Shown here: in pieces, positions 30,917-39,612 of the stretch
Position numbering within the stretch: position 1 is the first letter of the stretch
Layout: the number at the start of each line of letters is the position of its first letter
Source of the DNA: Alphaproteobacteria bacterium
Lineage (GTDB): Bacteria > Pseudomonadota > Alphaproteobacteria > CALKHQ01
Assembly (NCBI GenBank): GCA_965227515.1
Contig: CBDDFZ010000001.1
Coordinates: 832,001 to 896,000 of the forward strand
DNA: 64,000 nucleotides
Direction of reading: 5' to 3'
Made by a program: the position numbers and the translations under genes
Notes under the pieces: model-generated
The model's input: only the letters and a program-made list of their open reading frames with translations
Database searches by the model: none
What the model was told of the DNA's origin: nothing

Positions 30917-32074
30917 CTAGCGCCCGCGCGCGTCGACCGGCCAGATCGCCTCCAGCGCCTCGCCGCGCACGCAGTGATAGGCATTGTGCAGGTTCACGGT
31001 CGGGTCGCAGTGCGGCACCACGCATTCGACCATGTGGCCGGGCTCCAGCGGCGGCAGCGCCTCCCCCAGCTCCAGCCGGCCGTGCTCGTCGCCCATGAAG
31101 CCATAGGCGATGTCGGTCGGTGCGCCGCGGGCCACCCGGGGCGGCGGGCCGTCGGTGGCGAACGCCTTCAGGCCGCCATCGGTGGTCGCGGCATTGTGCC
31201 GGTTGGCGCTGACCACGGCGGCGGCCACGAACAGGGCCGGCTCGAACGGCCAGGCATTGCCGCGCGGGCCGACGTCGATGTACTGGACGTCCATGAACGG
31301 GTAGGAGCCAACCTGCAGCTCGGTGAAGACGCCGAGCTCGGTCACCAGGTCGAAAGTGCCGGTGCCGCCGCCGCTGATGATGGCGGGAGGCAGGCCGGCG
31401 CCGGACAGGTCGTCGCGCACCTCGCTGACGACACGGCCCAGCTCGTCGGTGGCGGCGGTGCGGGCATCCACCCCCTCGATGTGCTGATGATGGCCGGCAT
31501 AGGCCTGGATGCCCTCGAACGTCAGCGCGGGCGCGGCGTCGATCGCGCGTGCCAGCGCCACCATATCCGCCGGTGCGGCCCCGGTGCGGTCCAGCCCGAC
31601 GTCCAGGTCGACGATCAGGCGCAGCGTCAGCCCGGCGGCGGTGGCGGCATCGTTCAGCACCGGCGTCATCCGCGCATCGTCGATCACGCACATCGCGTCG
31701 GGAGCGCGGCCGGCCAGGGCGATCAGACGGTCGATCTTCACCTTGGTGGTGACCGGCGAGGTGATCAGCACGCCGGCGACGCCGCCGTTCACCATCGCCT
31801 CGGCCTCGCCCATGGTCGCGCAGCAGATGCCGACCGCGCCCGCCGCCGCCTGGCGTCGCGCGATCTCGACCGATTTGTGCGACTTGGCGTGCGGCCTGAT
31901 CTTGATGTTGTTGCGCGCGGCATAGTCCGCCATCGCCGCCAGATTGCGCTCGAACGCATCCATGTCCAGCACCAGCGCCGGGGTGTTCAGCCGGCCGCGG
32001 GCGTCGGGCGCACCGATCAAGGCGGCGTTGGGGGAAAGCTCCGGCGCTGTCGCCGTATCCGGATGTTGTGTCAC
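30917..32074 (-). CDS. DSD1-family PLP enzyme (D-threonine aldolase / D-serine dehydratase-like)
   Basis: TPALVLD, RPHAKSHK (PLP Lys), SGGGTG, ELQ.GSY.FMD, EHG, HCDPTVNL. Confidence 0.9.
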   Translation of the reverse strand: MTQHPDTATAPELSPNAALIGAPDARGRLNTPALVLDMDAFERNLAAMADYAARNNIKIRPHAKSHKSVEIARRQAAAGAVGICCATMGEAEAMVNGGVAGVLITSPVTTKVKIDRLIALAGRAPDAMCVIDDARMTPVLNDAATAAGLTLRLIVDLDVGLDRTGAAPADMVALARAIDAAPALTFEGIQAYAGHHQHIEGVDARTAATDELGRVVSEVRDDLSGAGLPPAIISGGGTGTFDLVTELGVFTELQVGSYPFMDVQYIDVGPRGNAWPFEPALFVAAAVVSANRHNAATTDGGLKAFATDGPPPRVARGAPTDIAYGFMGDEHGRLELGEALPPLEPGHMVECVVPHCDPTVNLHNAYHCVRGEALEAIWPVDARGR

Positions 32075-32107
32075 GTCAGCCTGCCTTTTCTATAGCACGT
32101 CTTGTTC

Positions 32108-32197
32108 GATCTGGTTCAGCCCGCACCTCTACCCGGCCGCCCAACGATAGTATCCTGTCTGGGCGGCCGGGTGGGGGTGCGGGCCGGTGCCGACACA
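32108..32197. repeat. Family A hairpin repeat, copy 4
   Basis: GCCCGCACCTCTACCCGGCCGCCCA / TGGGCGGCCGGGTGGGGGTGCGGGC with compensatory changes. Confidence 0.85.
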
Positions 32198-32215
32198 GCG
32201 TAAGCGAAAAACGCT

Positions 32216-32530
32216 CTATCCGCCCGATTGCTCTATGCGCTCGATCTCGGGCCAGAACTCGTTGAAGACCTGGGCGCGCACCCCGGATTCGAAGGCGCTG
32301 CCATGGTCGTTGTTGGGGTGGTAGTAGCGGGCAAAGGCGCGCTTGACCGCGGTGAACCTGCCGGCCTGGGCGGCCGGATCGTTGGCCACCGCCGCGGCGG
32401 CGACCTGGGGCTGGCGCAGCCGCTCGACCTCCAGCTTCAGCATCGAGGCCCGGTTCTCCGCCTTGCGGGCGCGGTCCTCCGCTTTCGCCAGCCGATCCTG
32501 CAAATCTTTAATCTGATCCATTGCCGCCAC
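32216..32530 (-). CDS. Small coiled-coil protein with J-domain-like C-terminus
   Basis: Heptad-rich N-terminus; VKRAFARYYHPNN...F.E...I resembling J-domain helix II-HPD-helix III. Confidence 0.6.
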   Translation of the reverse strand: MAAMDQIKDLQDRLAKAEDRARKAENRASMLKLEVERLRQPQVAAAAVANDPAAQAGRFTAVKRAFARYYHPNNDHGSAFESGVRAQVFNEFWPEIERIEQSGG

Positions 32531-32619
32531 ATTTTCGCCGCCGACCGGTCGAAGCTATAGCACCCTCGAAACGGGGGCAGAAGGGTTCGGTTGAACACCA
32601 GTCGTTCGTGTCTTGGACG

Positions 32620-32710
32620 TGAAGTCGGCTCCGGCCCTCACCCCCACCCGGCCACCCCGCAGGATAATGTCGTGGGTGGCCGGGTGGGGGTGAGGGCCGG
32701 CGCAGACTCA
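32620..32710. repeat. Family A hairpin repeat, copy 5
   Basis: CCGGCCCTCACCCCCACCCGGCCACCC / GGGTGGCCGGGTGGGGGTGAGGGCCGG. Confidence 0.88.
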
Positions 32711-32889
32711 GTGTCAACGTCCGACGACACAGCTCCGCGGTTGGCCTTGAGGTGCGGCGAAACTCAAGGGTCGTTCCGCGTCCGTCACGGACGCGGGCGT
32801 GACCCGGGATTGTCACTGCCCTGGCGGCGAATTCGCGGTAGACTGTCGGCACCGGCCTAGCGCGATTTCACTCTTGCCAGGAGTCAATA

Positions 32890-35052
32890 ATGACATTGTT
32901 CGATCGACCCGATTCAGGGCGACCCGATTCTAGGCGACCCGATACGGGACGACGCCGCTGGGGGCGGGGCAGCACGATGCTGGCCGGCTTCGTGATTGCG
33001 GCAACCCTGCCCATGGCCTCGGCCTGGGCGCAGGACGACCTGACATTGCGCCGGGTCATGCTCTCCACGGGCGGCGTCGGCTATTTCGAGTACGAGGCGA
33101 CCATTTCGGGCGATGCCGCGCTGACCCTCGATGTGCGGCTGGACCAGGTCAACGACATCCTGAAGAGCATCGTGGTCTATGACGACCAGGGCGGCATCGG
33201 CGAGATCAGCCTGCCCGGCCGCGAGCCGCTTTCCGACGTGTTCCGCGAGCTGCCGTTCGGGCCGGAGGCGCTGTCGTCGCCGGTGGCGCTGTTCAATGCG
33301 CTGCGTGGCGCCGAGGTGGAGGCGCGCGGGTCGCGCAACGTCACCGGGCGCCTGATCGCGGTCACCGCCGAACAGGTGCAGCTGCCGAACAATGGCGGCC
33401 TGATCACCCAGCACCGGGTCAGCCTGATGACCGCCATCGGCGTCCAGCAGCTGATCCTGGAAGAGGCGGACGCGCTGAGCTTCGTCGATCCGGAGCTGCA
33501 GGAGCAGGTCAGCACCGCGCTGGCCGCGCTGGCGCAGCACAACGAGCGCGACCGCCGCGAGATCTCGGTGCAGACCTTCGGCGAGGCGGAGCGCACGGTC
33601 CGCGTCGCCTACGTGGTCGAGGTGCCGCTGTGGAAGTCATCCTACCGGCTGACCATGTCCGACGATCCGGCCGCCGAGACCGCCGAATTGCAGGGCTGGG
33701 CGGTGATCGAGAACATGAGCGGCGAGAACTGGGCGGACGTCGACCTGACCGTCGTTTCCGGCAATCCGGTCACGTTCCAGCAGGCGCTCTACCAGTCCTA
33801 CTACGTCGACCGGCCGATGGTGCCGGTCGAGGTGCTTGGCCGGGTGATGCCGCGGCTGGACACCGGCGCCATCGACATGCGCGACCAGTCGCCGGCCCCA
33901 CCGCCGGCCGCGCCGATGCCCGACGGGCTGGGCCGGATCGAGGCCGAGCAGGCCGTCGCCGGCATGATGGCGCCGGCCGACACCGCCGAGGAGTATTTCG
34001 GCGGCGACGCCATCGGCTATGACATGGACGACCAGCCCATGGGCCAGGCCCAGATCGTGGCGGCCGCCAGCGTCGAGGCGACGACCCAGGTGATGTTCCA
34101 GTTCCCGGAGCCGATCACGGTCGACAGCGGCCATTCGGTGCTGGTGCCGATCGTCAGCCGGGAGATTCCGGCTGAGCGGCTGTCGCTCTACCAGCCGGAC
34201 ACCCATCCGACCCACCCGCTGGCGTCGGTGCGTCTGACCAACGACAGCGGCAGTGGCCTGCCGCCGGGCGTGCTCACCATCTACGAGCGGACCAGCGCCA
34301 ATGGCCTGGTGGCGTTCGTGGGCGATGCCCGCCTCGCCGCCCTGCCGGTGGGCGAGGAACGGCTGCTGAGCTTCGCGGTCGACCAGAAGGTGAAGGTGCT
34401 GACCGATTCCGCGGGTAGCCAGGAGATCGCCAGCGGCCGCATCGTCGACGGCGTGTTGATCCTGACCCTGCAGGAGCAGTCGACCACCACCTACACCATC
34501 GATGGCGCCGCCACCGAGCCTCGTGTGGTGATGATCGAGCATGCCCGCCCGTCCGGCTGGGAGCTGATCGTCGACGAGACGCTGGAAGTGGAGATGACCG
34601 ACAACCACTACCGCATCGAGCAGCCGGTGGGTGCCGATGAGACGGTGGAGGTCGAGGTCACGCTGGAACGCCCGATCTCCCAGCGCGTGGAATTGCTCAA
34701 TATGTCGAGCTCGCTGATCGAGTTCTACTCGTCGGCGGAGGCGCTGTCGGACGAGGCGCGCGCGGCCATTGCCGAGATGGCGGAATACCGTGCCGTCGTG
34801 GCGGAGATCGACCGCGAGATTTCCACGCTGGAGGACCGCTACCGCGAGGTGGTGACCGACCAGGCCCGCATCCGTGAGAACCTGGACACCATTCCGCGCG
34901 ATACCGACCTCTACCAGCGCTATCTCGACCAGTTGGCGACCCAGGAAGACGAGCTTGGCGCGCTGGCGGTTTCCCTGGCCGATGCCAAGGAGCGTCTGGC
35001 CGAGGCCCGCGAGGTGCTGGGCGAGTACGTGGTCAACCTTAACTACTTCTGA
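32890..35052 (+). CDS. DUF4139-domain secreted protein
   Basis: Signal peptide; GVGYFE, Q.ND.LKS, WK.SYRL, QGWAV.EN.SGE.W..V.L.VVSG.P, LP.G; C-terminal coiled coil DQ.RIRENL. Confidence 0.82.
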   Translation: MTLFDRPDSGRPDSRRPDTGRRRWGRGSTMLAGFVIAATLPMASAWAQDDLTLRRVMLSTGGVGYFEYEATISGDAALTLDVRLDQVNDILKSIVVYDDQGGIGEISLPGREPLSDVFRELPFGPEALSSPVALFNALRGAEVEARGSRNVTGRLIAVTAEQVQLPNNGGLITQHRVSLMTAIGVQQLILEEADALSFVDPELQEQVSTALAALAQHNERDRREISVQTFGEAERTVRVAYVVEVPLWKSSYRLTMSDDPAAETAELQGWAVIENMSGENWADVDLTVVSGNPVTFQQALYQSYYVDRPMVPVEVLGRVMPRLDTGAIDMRDQSPAPPPAAPMPDGLGRIEAEQAVAGMMAPADTAEEYFGGDAIGYDMDDQPMGQAQIVAAASVEATTQVMFQFPEPITVDSGHSVLVPIVSREIPAERLSLYQPDTHPTHPLASVRLTNDSGSGLPPGVLTIYERTSANGLVAFVGDARLAALPVGEERLLSFAVDQKVKVLTDSAGSQEIASGRIVDGVLILTLQEQSTTTYTIDGAATEPRVVMIEHARPSGWELIVDETLEVEMTDNHYRIEQPVGADETVEVEVTLERPISQRVELLNMSSSLIEFYSSAEALSDEARAAIAEMAEYRAVVAEIDREISTLEDRYREVVTDQARIRENLDTIPRDTDLYQRYLDQLATQEDELGALAVSLADAKERLAEAREVLGEYVVNLNYF

Positions 35053-35176
35053 TAGTCGATCAGAGGGTTAGGTTCGCCTGACAGGGCCGCGTCGGCAACA
35101 GCCTGCGCGGCCCTGACTTCGAACGGGATCGACCCGTTGGCCTGTACAGGCTCATAGTTCGTGTGCATCGAGGACA

Positions 35177-35292
35177 CCCCCTCACCCTCCCAGCCGTTGG
35201 CTGGGTCCCTCCCTCTCCCGCGCGGGGAGAGGGATAATGCGAAGCCGACACCCCCTCTCCCGCAAGGTGGGAGAGGGACGGGAGTGTGAGGG
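35177..35292. repeat. Family C composite palindromic repeat
   Basis: CCCCCTCACCC..CCCTCTCCCGCGCGGGGAGAGGG..CCCTCTCCCGCAAGGTGGGAGAGGG..GTGAGGG; several nested hairpins between convergent genes. Confidence 0.75.
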
Positions 35293-35327
35293 CCGCCTGG
35301 CCGCCACCATGCGCAAGGCGCATCGCT

Positions 35328-35759
35328 TCAGTACCACCCCATGTCGCGTATGGGCACGGTCTCGCCGTCGGCCATGACGACCACGCAGTCGTCGATCCAG
35401 ATCGGCCCCTCGGGCGGAGGCGGCAGCAAGGTGAGGGTCTCCACCATCGCCTGGATGCGCTGCCAACTGCCCAACAGATCCGCGCGGCCCTCTGCGGAGA
35501 GGCCGCACGAGATCAGGATGTCTTCCGGCATGGTCTGGGTGTAGCCACACGCACCTTGCGCGTCCTCGCCATCGATGGTGTGAACCATCATGAAGCTGGC
35601 GCGGGCGGGGTGCGGCATCTCGATGGCCGCTGGCGCGCATGTCTCCAACGCATCGACCAGGTCGCGCAGGGCGGGCACCAGCACCTCGGGGTCGGCGGCG
35701 CTCGCCGTGGCAGTGCAACCGACGAGCAGTGCCAGGGCTGAGGCGAGACTCATCCGCAT
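35328..35759 (-). CDS. Secreted hypothetical protein (4 Cys in mature part)
   Basis: Signal peptide, AGGAGG RBS, C.Y.QTMP....C motif. Confidence 0.6.
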   Translation of the reverse strand: MRMSLASALALLVGCTATASAADPEVLVPALRDLVDALETCAPAAIEMPHPARASFMMVHTIDGEDAQGACGYTQTMPEDILISCGLSAEGRADLLGSWQRIQAMVETLTLLPPPPEGPIWIDDCVVVMADGETVPIRDMGWY

Positions 35760-35836
35760 GCTGTCCTCCTTGTTCTTGTTCTTTGACAGACGCCAGCTTT
35801 GTCGCGGCTGGCGGAGGACAGGTTCAAAATGCGGCG

Positions 35837-36670
35837 TCAGCTATCGTCGCGCACGCCCACGATCTCGGCCAGAACCGTGTGCCCGTTGACGAAATTCGCG
35901 ACCATGTTGGCGTACATCTCCCAGAACCGGTCGCCCATCATGATGTGGAGCCCGATCTTCGGGCGGCCCGCCTCCGCCACGCGCGCCCGCATCGCCTCGA
36001 ACCATTTCAGCGCGCTATCTGTCTTGTCGCGGTGCGAGCGGATGGCAAACCCCGCCGCCGTCACCAGGTCGGCCACTTCGTCGGGCGTCTTCAGAAAACT
36101 GGTGCTGGCGTCCGTCGCCCACGGCGTCGGATAGCTGGGGTCGCCCGCCGGCCCCAGGCAGATGTCGTAGAGCCCGAACGTGGCGCCCGGCCGCAGCACG
36201 CGGGCGATCTCGCCATAGAGCGCGGCGCGGTCGGCGATGTTCATCGCCACGTGGATCGTGAAGGCGCCGTCGAACACGTGGTCGTCGAACGGCATCGCGC
36301 ACGCGTCGGCAACCTGGAACACCACCGTGTCCGACATGCCGACCGCGTCGGTCAGGCGCTCGGCCGCCGCGATGTAGGACGGCGTCAGGTCGATGCCGCT
36401 CACCGTCGCCCCGCTGATGGCGGCGATGCGGCGGGCCGGACCGCCAACCCCGCAGCCGACATCGAGCACGTGGTCCGTCGATGCGAAACTCAGGGCCTCG
36501 GCGAACTCCACCGTCGCGTCGCGGCCGCGCACATGGAATTCGTCGACCGGTGCCAGGTCGTCGATGGTGAGGTTGTTCGGGTCCTTGGCCGCCGACCGTG
36601 CGGCCGTTAGCAGGCTCTCGGCCAGGTCGTCGCGGCCGTAGTGGCGGGCAACTGGGTTGTCGGCAACCAT
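35837..36670 (-). CDS. Class I SAM-dependent methyltransferase
   Basis: DLAPVDEFH.RGR.AT, VLDVGCGVGG, GIDLT, MPF....FD, VLRPG. Confidence 0.9.
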   Translation of the reverse strand: MVADNPVARHYGRDDLAESLLTAARSAAKDPNNLTIDDLAPVDEFHVRGRDATVEFAEALSFASTDHVLDVGCGVGGPARRIAAISGATVSGIDLTPSYIAAAERLTDAVGMSDTVVFQVADACAMPFDDHVFDGAFTIHVAMNIADRAALYGEIARVLRPGATFGLYDICLGPAGDPSYPTPWATDASTSFLKTPDEVADLVTAAGFAIRSHRDKTDSALKWFEAMRARVAEAGRPKIGLHIMMGDRFWEMYANMVANFVNGHTVLAEIVGVRDDS

Positions 36671-36816
36671 GGGCGATCCTCCTCTGCCGCATCCGCTGGA
36701 ATTCATAGCGCGTTCGACGCCCACAATCATTCGTGATTGCGCGGGTCTCGGCCGGGCGGTGCCCTATAGTCGAGAGCTCCAACCATGAACACCAAAACAA
36801 TGGCGAGGGCGAGGTG

Positions 36817-37731
36817 ATGAGAGGCTTGGCATTTGGCGTGGGCGCGGCGGTACTGGCCGTGGCACCCGCCGCTATGGCACCGGGGGCAATAGCGCAGCAG
36901 GACTTCGATGCCGTGGAGATCGAGACCATCGATCTGGGCAGCGGCGTCTACATGATGGTCGGCGCGGGCGGCAATCTGGGCGTTTCGGTGGGCGACGACG
37001 CAACCGTTCTGATCGACGACCAGTTCTCGCCGCTGACCGACAAGATCAATGCGGCCATCGCCGCCCTGTCAGACAATCCGGTGGAGGTGGTGATCAACAC
37101 CCACTGGCACTTCGACCACACCGGCGGCAACGAGAATTATGGCAACCAGGGCGCGATGATCTTCGCCCACGACAATGTGCGGGTGCGGATGAGCGGGCCG
37201 CATCGTTTCGAGGCGTTCGACATGGATCTGCCGGCCTCGCCCGATGCTGCCTTGCCGGTTGTGACCTACGATGACGGCCTGACCCTGCATCTGAACGGGC
37301 AGACCATCGACGTCATCCACGTCGACCCGGCACACACCGACGGCGACAGCATCGTCGTGTTCCGCGAGGCCAATGTCGTCCACCTGGGCGATGTGTTCTT
37401 CAACGGCCTCTACCCGTTCGTCGATCAGAGCTCGGACGGCAGTGTCGCCGGCGTGATCGCCGCCGCCGCGATGGCGCTCGACATGATCGACGACGACACC
37501 AAGGTGATCCCCGGCCACGGCCCGCTGGCGACCAAGGCGGACCTGCAGGCCTATCACGACATGCTGGTGGGTGTGTCGGGCGCGATCCAGGCCGGCATCG
37601 ACGCCGGCCAGAGCCTGGAGGAGATCATCGACGGCGGTGCGACGGCGGCCTACGACGAAGCCTGGAGCGGTGGATTCCTCAAGGGGCCGGACTTCGTCAC
37701 GATCCTGTACGGGATGATGGCGGAGCAGTAG
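36817..37731 (+). CDS. Periplasmic MBL-fold metallo-hydrolase
   Basis: Signal peptide; THWHFDHTGGN, AHTDGD, HLGD, IPGHG. Confidence 0.9.
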   Translation: MRGLAFGVGAAVLAVAPAAMAPGAIAQQDFDAVEIETIDLGSGVYMMVGAGGNLGVSVGDDATVLIDDQFSPLTDKINAAIAALSDNPVEVVINTHWHFDHTGGNENYGNQGAMIFAHDNVRVRMSGPHRFEAFDMDLPASPDAALPVVTYDDGLTLHLNGQTIDVIHVDPAHTDGDSIVVFREANVVHLGDVFFNGLYPFVDQSSDGSVAGVIAAAAMALDMIDDDTKVIPGHGPLATKADLQAYHDMLVGVSGAIQAGIDAGQSLEEIIDGGATAAYDEAWSGGFLKGPDFVTILYGMMAEQ

Positions 37732-39520
37732 AGGCGGCCCTGGCCAGATCGCGCGCGACCGCGCCGACCACGCTGGCCCAGTCGTTCAGCGCCGGCTGGC
37801 GGTAGAGCCGCATCGACGGGTACCACGGTGTCGCGGTGCCCGTCTGCCGCCAGCGCCACTCCGCGCCGAACGGCAGCATCGTCCACACCGGCCGGCCAAG
37901 CGCGCCGGCCAGGTGGATGGGCGCGGTGTCGACCCCGATCACCAGGTCCAGCTTGGCCATGATAGCGGCGCTGTCGGCGAAATCCTTCGCCGTCAGATCG
38001 GCGCGCACCAGCCCACCGCCCAATGGCGTGGCCGACGCGCGGTCCGCCTCGGCCCCGAATTGCAGGCAATGGAAGGCAACGCCGTCGATGCCAAGCACCG
38101 GCGCCATCGCCTCGAAGCGCAGCGAGCGGTAGCGGTCGTCGGAGTGGGACGGCCGGCCGGCCCAGACCAGGCCGACGTTCAGCATGCCGGCCACGCAGCC
38201 GTCATAGGCCGCATCGGTGGGCGGCCGCATGTACGGCATCGGGCCGGGCAGGTCGGCAACATCGATCTTCAGCCGCGCGGCAAGCGACAGCAGGGGGATG
38301 TGATAGTCGAATTCGGCGCAAGACTCGGTCGACACCGCGACCGCGTCGACCCCATCGACGGTGGCGATCAGCCGCGCCAGCGCCCGCTCGCACAGTACGA
38401 CGATGCGCGCGCCTTGAGCCACCGGCCGCCGCCGCAGTATTGGCACCAGCCGGATGAATTGCAGCGTGTCGCCGAACCCCTGCTCGGCGTGGACCAGCAG
38501 GGTCTTGCCGGCGAGTGGTGTGACACCGTCCCACATCCGGTCGTCGGCGCCCTTCACCTTGGCGAGGTGGCCATGCAGGTCCAGCCGCGCCTCATAAGCC
38601 GGCCAGCCCGCCGCGAGGTCGCCTGAAATCAGGTGCAGGTGCCCCATGGCGTAGCGGGTGCGCGGGCTGCCGGGCGAAAGCCGTTGCAGGCGGGCCATGG
38701 TCTTGTGCGCCGCGTCGAGCCGGCAGAGTCGGATTTGAGCCGCCGCCAGCCAGAACAGGGTGTCCGCGTCGTCGGGGGCCAGCATGGCGGCGCGTTCCAG
38801 CAGGACGACAGCCGGCAATGCGCGGGTCTGGCGCAAGTGCACGCGGGCAAGCCACCGAAGCGCGCCCACATTGTCCGGGTCCAGAGACAGGGCTGCCTGG
38901 AAGGCGTGCTCGGCGGCATCGAAGTTGCCGAGCCTGTTGTGGGCGGCGCCGGCCAGAATGCGCAGGTCGGCGCGGCGCGGCGCCAATGCGCACGCACGCT
39001 GGGCCATCTCTTTCGCGGCAAGGGTATCGTCCTTGCTGCCCCGGTTCATGCGTTGGGTCGCACCGGCCAACAGGGCATCCAACAGGTCCGGGGCGGTTTC
39101 CAGCGCGCGGTCGAAGACCTGGATGGCGTCGTCGGTGTGGCCACGCCGGGCCAGCAGATTGCCCAGGTTCTTCCACGCGGCAGCGAAACCGGGCGACAGT
39201 GCGACCGCCTCGCGGAAGGCCTTTTCGGCGCCGTCCGGATCGCTGTCGAGGGCAAGGCCGAGCTGGTTGTGGGCGTCGGCGAGCTGCGGATTGCGGGCGA
39301 TGGCCTGTCGCGCGGCGCTTGCCGCCATGCCGCCATGGCCGGTCACCCGCAGCGCATGGGCGAAGAAGCTGAGTTGGGCCGCCGATGCGCCGTCGTCCGC
39401 CACGGCCGCGCGCGCCTGGTCGGCCGCCAAGGGCAGGTCGCCACGGGCAAGCGCCGCACCGATCGACCGCTGCGCGGCGTCGGCGGATAGGTCCGTTTCC
39501 TGGGGCGCGATTTGCGGCAT
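37697..39520 (-). CDS. TPR-repeat protein fused to a GT9-like glycosyltransferase domain
   Basis: Multiple TPRs; GW..YE.R, EQGFGDTLQF.R, GLVWAG, LDLVI.VDT...HLAGALG.P, WRW, PWYPSMRL.RQ. Confidence 0.88.
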   Translation of the reverse strand: MPQIAPQETDLSADAAQRSIGAALARGDLPLAADQARAAVADDGASAAQLSFFAHALRVTGHGGMAASAARQAIARNPQLADAHNQLGLALDSDPDGAEKAFREAVALSPGFAAAWKNLGNLLARRGHTDDAIQVFDRALETAPDLLDALLAGATQRMNRGSKDDTLAAKEMAQRACALAPRRADLRILAGAAHNRLGNFDAAEHAFQAALSLDPDNVGALRWLARVHLRQTRALPAVVLLERAAMLAPDDADTLFWLAAAQIRLCRLDAAHKTMARLQRLSPGSPRTRYAMGHLHLISGDLAAGWPAYEARLDLHGHLAKVKGADDRMWDGVTPLAGKTLLVHAEQGFGDTLQFIRLVPILRRRPVAQGARIVVLCERALARLIATVDGVDAVAVSTESCAEFDYHIPLLSLAARLKIDVADLPGPMPYMRPPTDAAYDGCVAGMLNVGLVWAGRPSHSDDRYRSLRFEAMAPVLGIDGVAFHCLQFGAEADRASATPLGGGLVRADLTAKDFADSAAIMAKLDLVIGVDTAPIHLAGALGRPVWTMLPFGAEWRWRQTGTATPWYPSMRLYRQPALNDWASVVGAVARDLARAASTAPPSSRTGS

Positions 39521-39612
39521 CTCGGTCCGGTCGGAACTGCTGCGACCGGACCAGTCTAGTCAGGCGATGACACCATACGGTTAATTGCCGTTAGGGCCTG
39601 GGGGCGCCAGCC

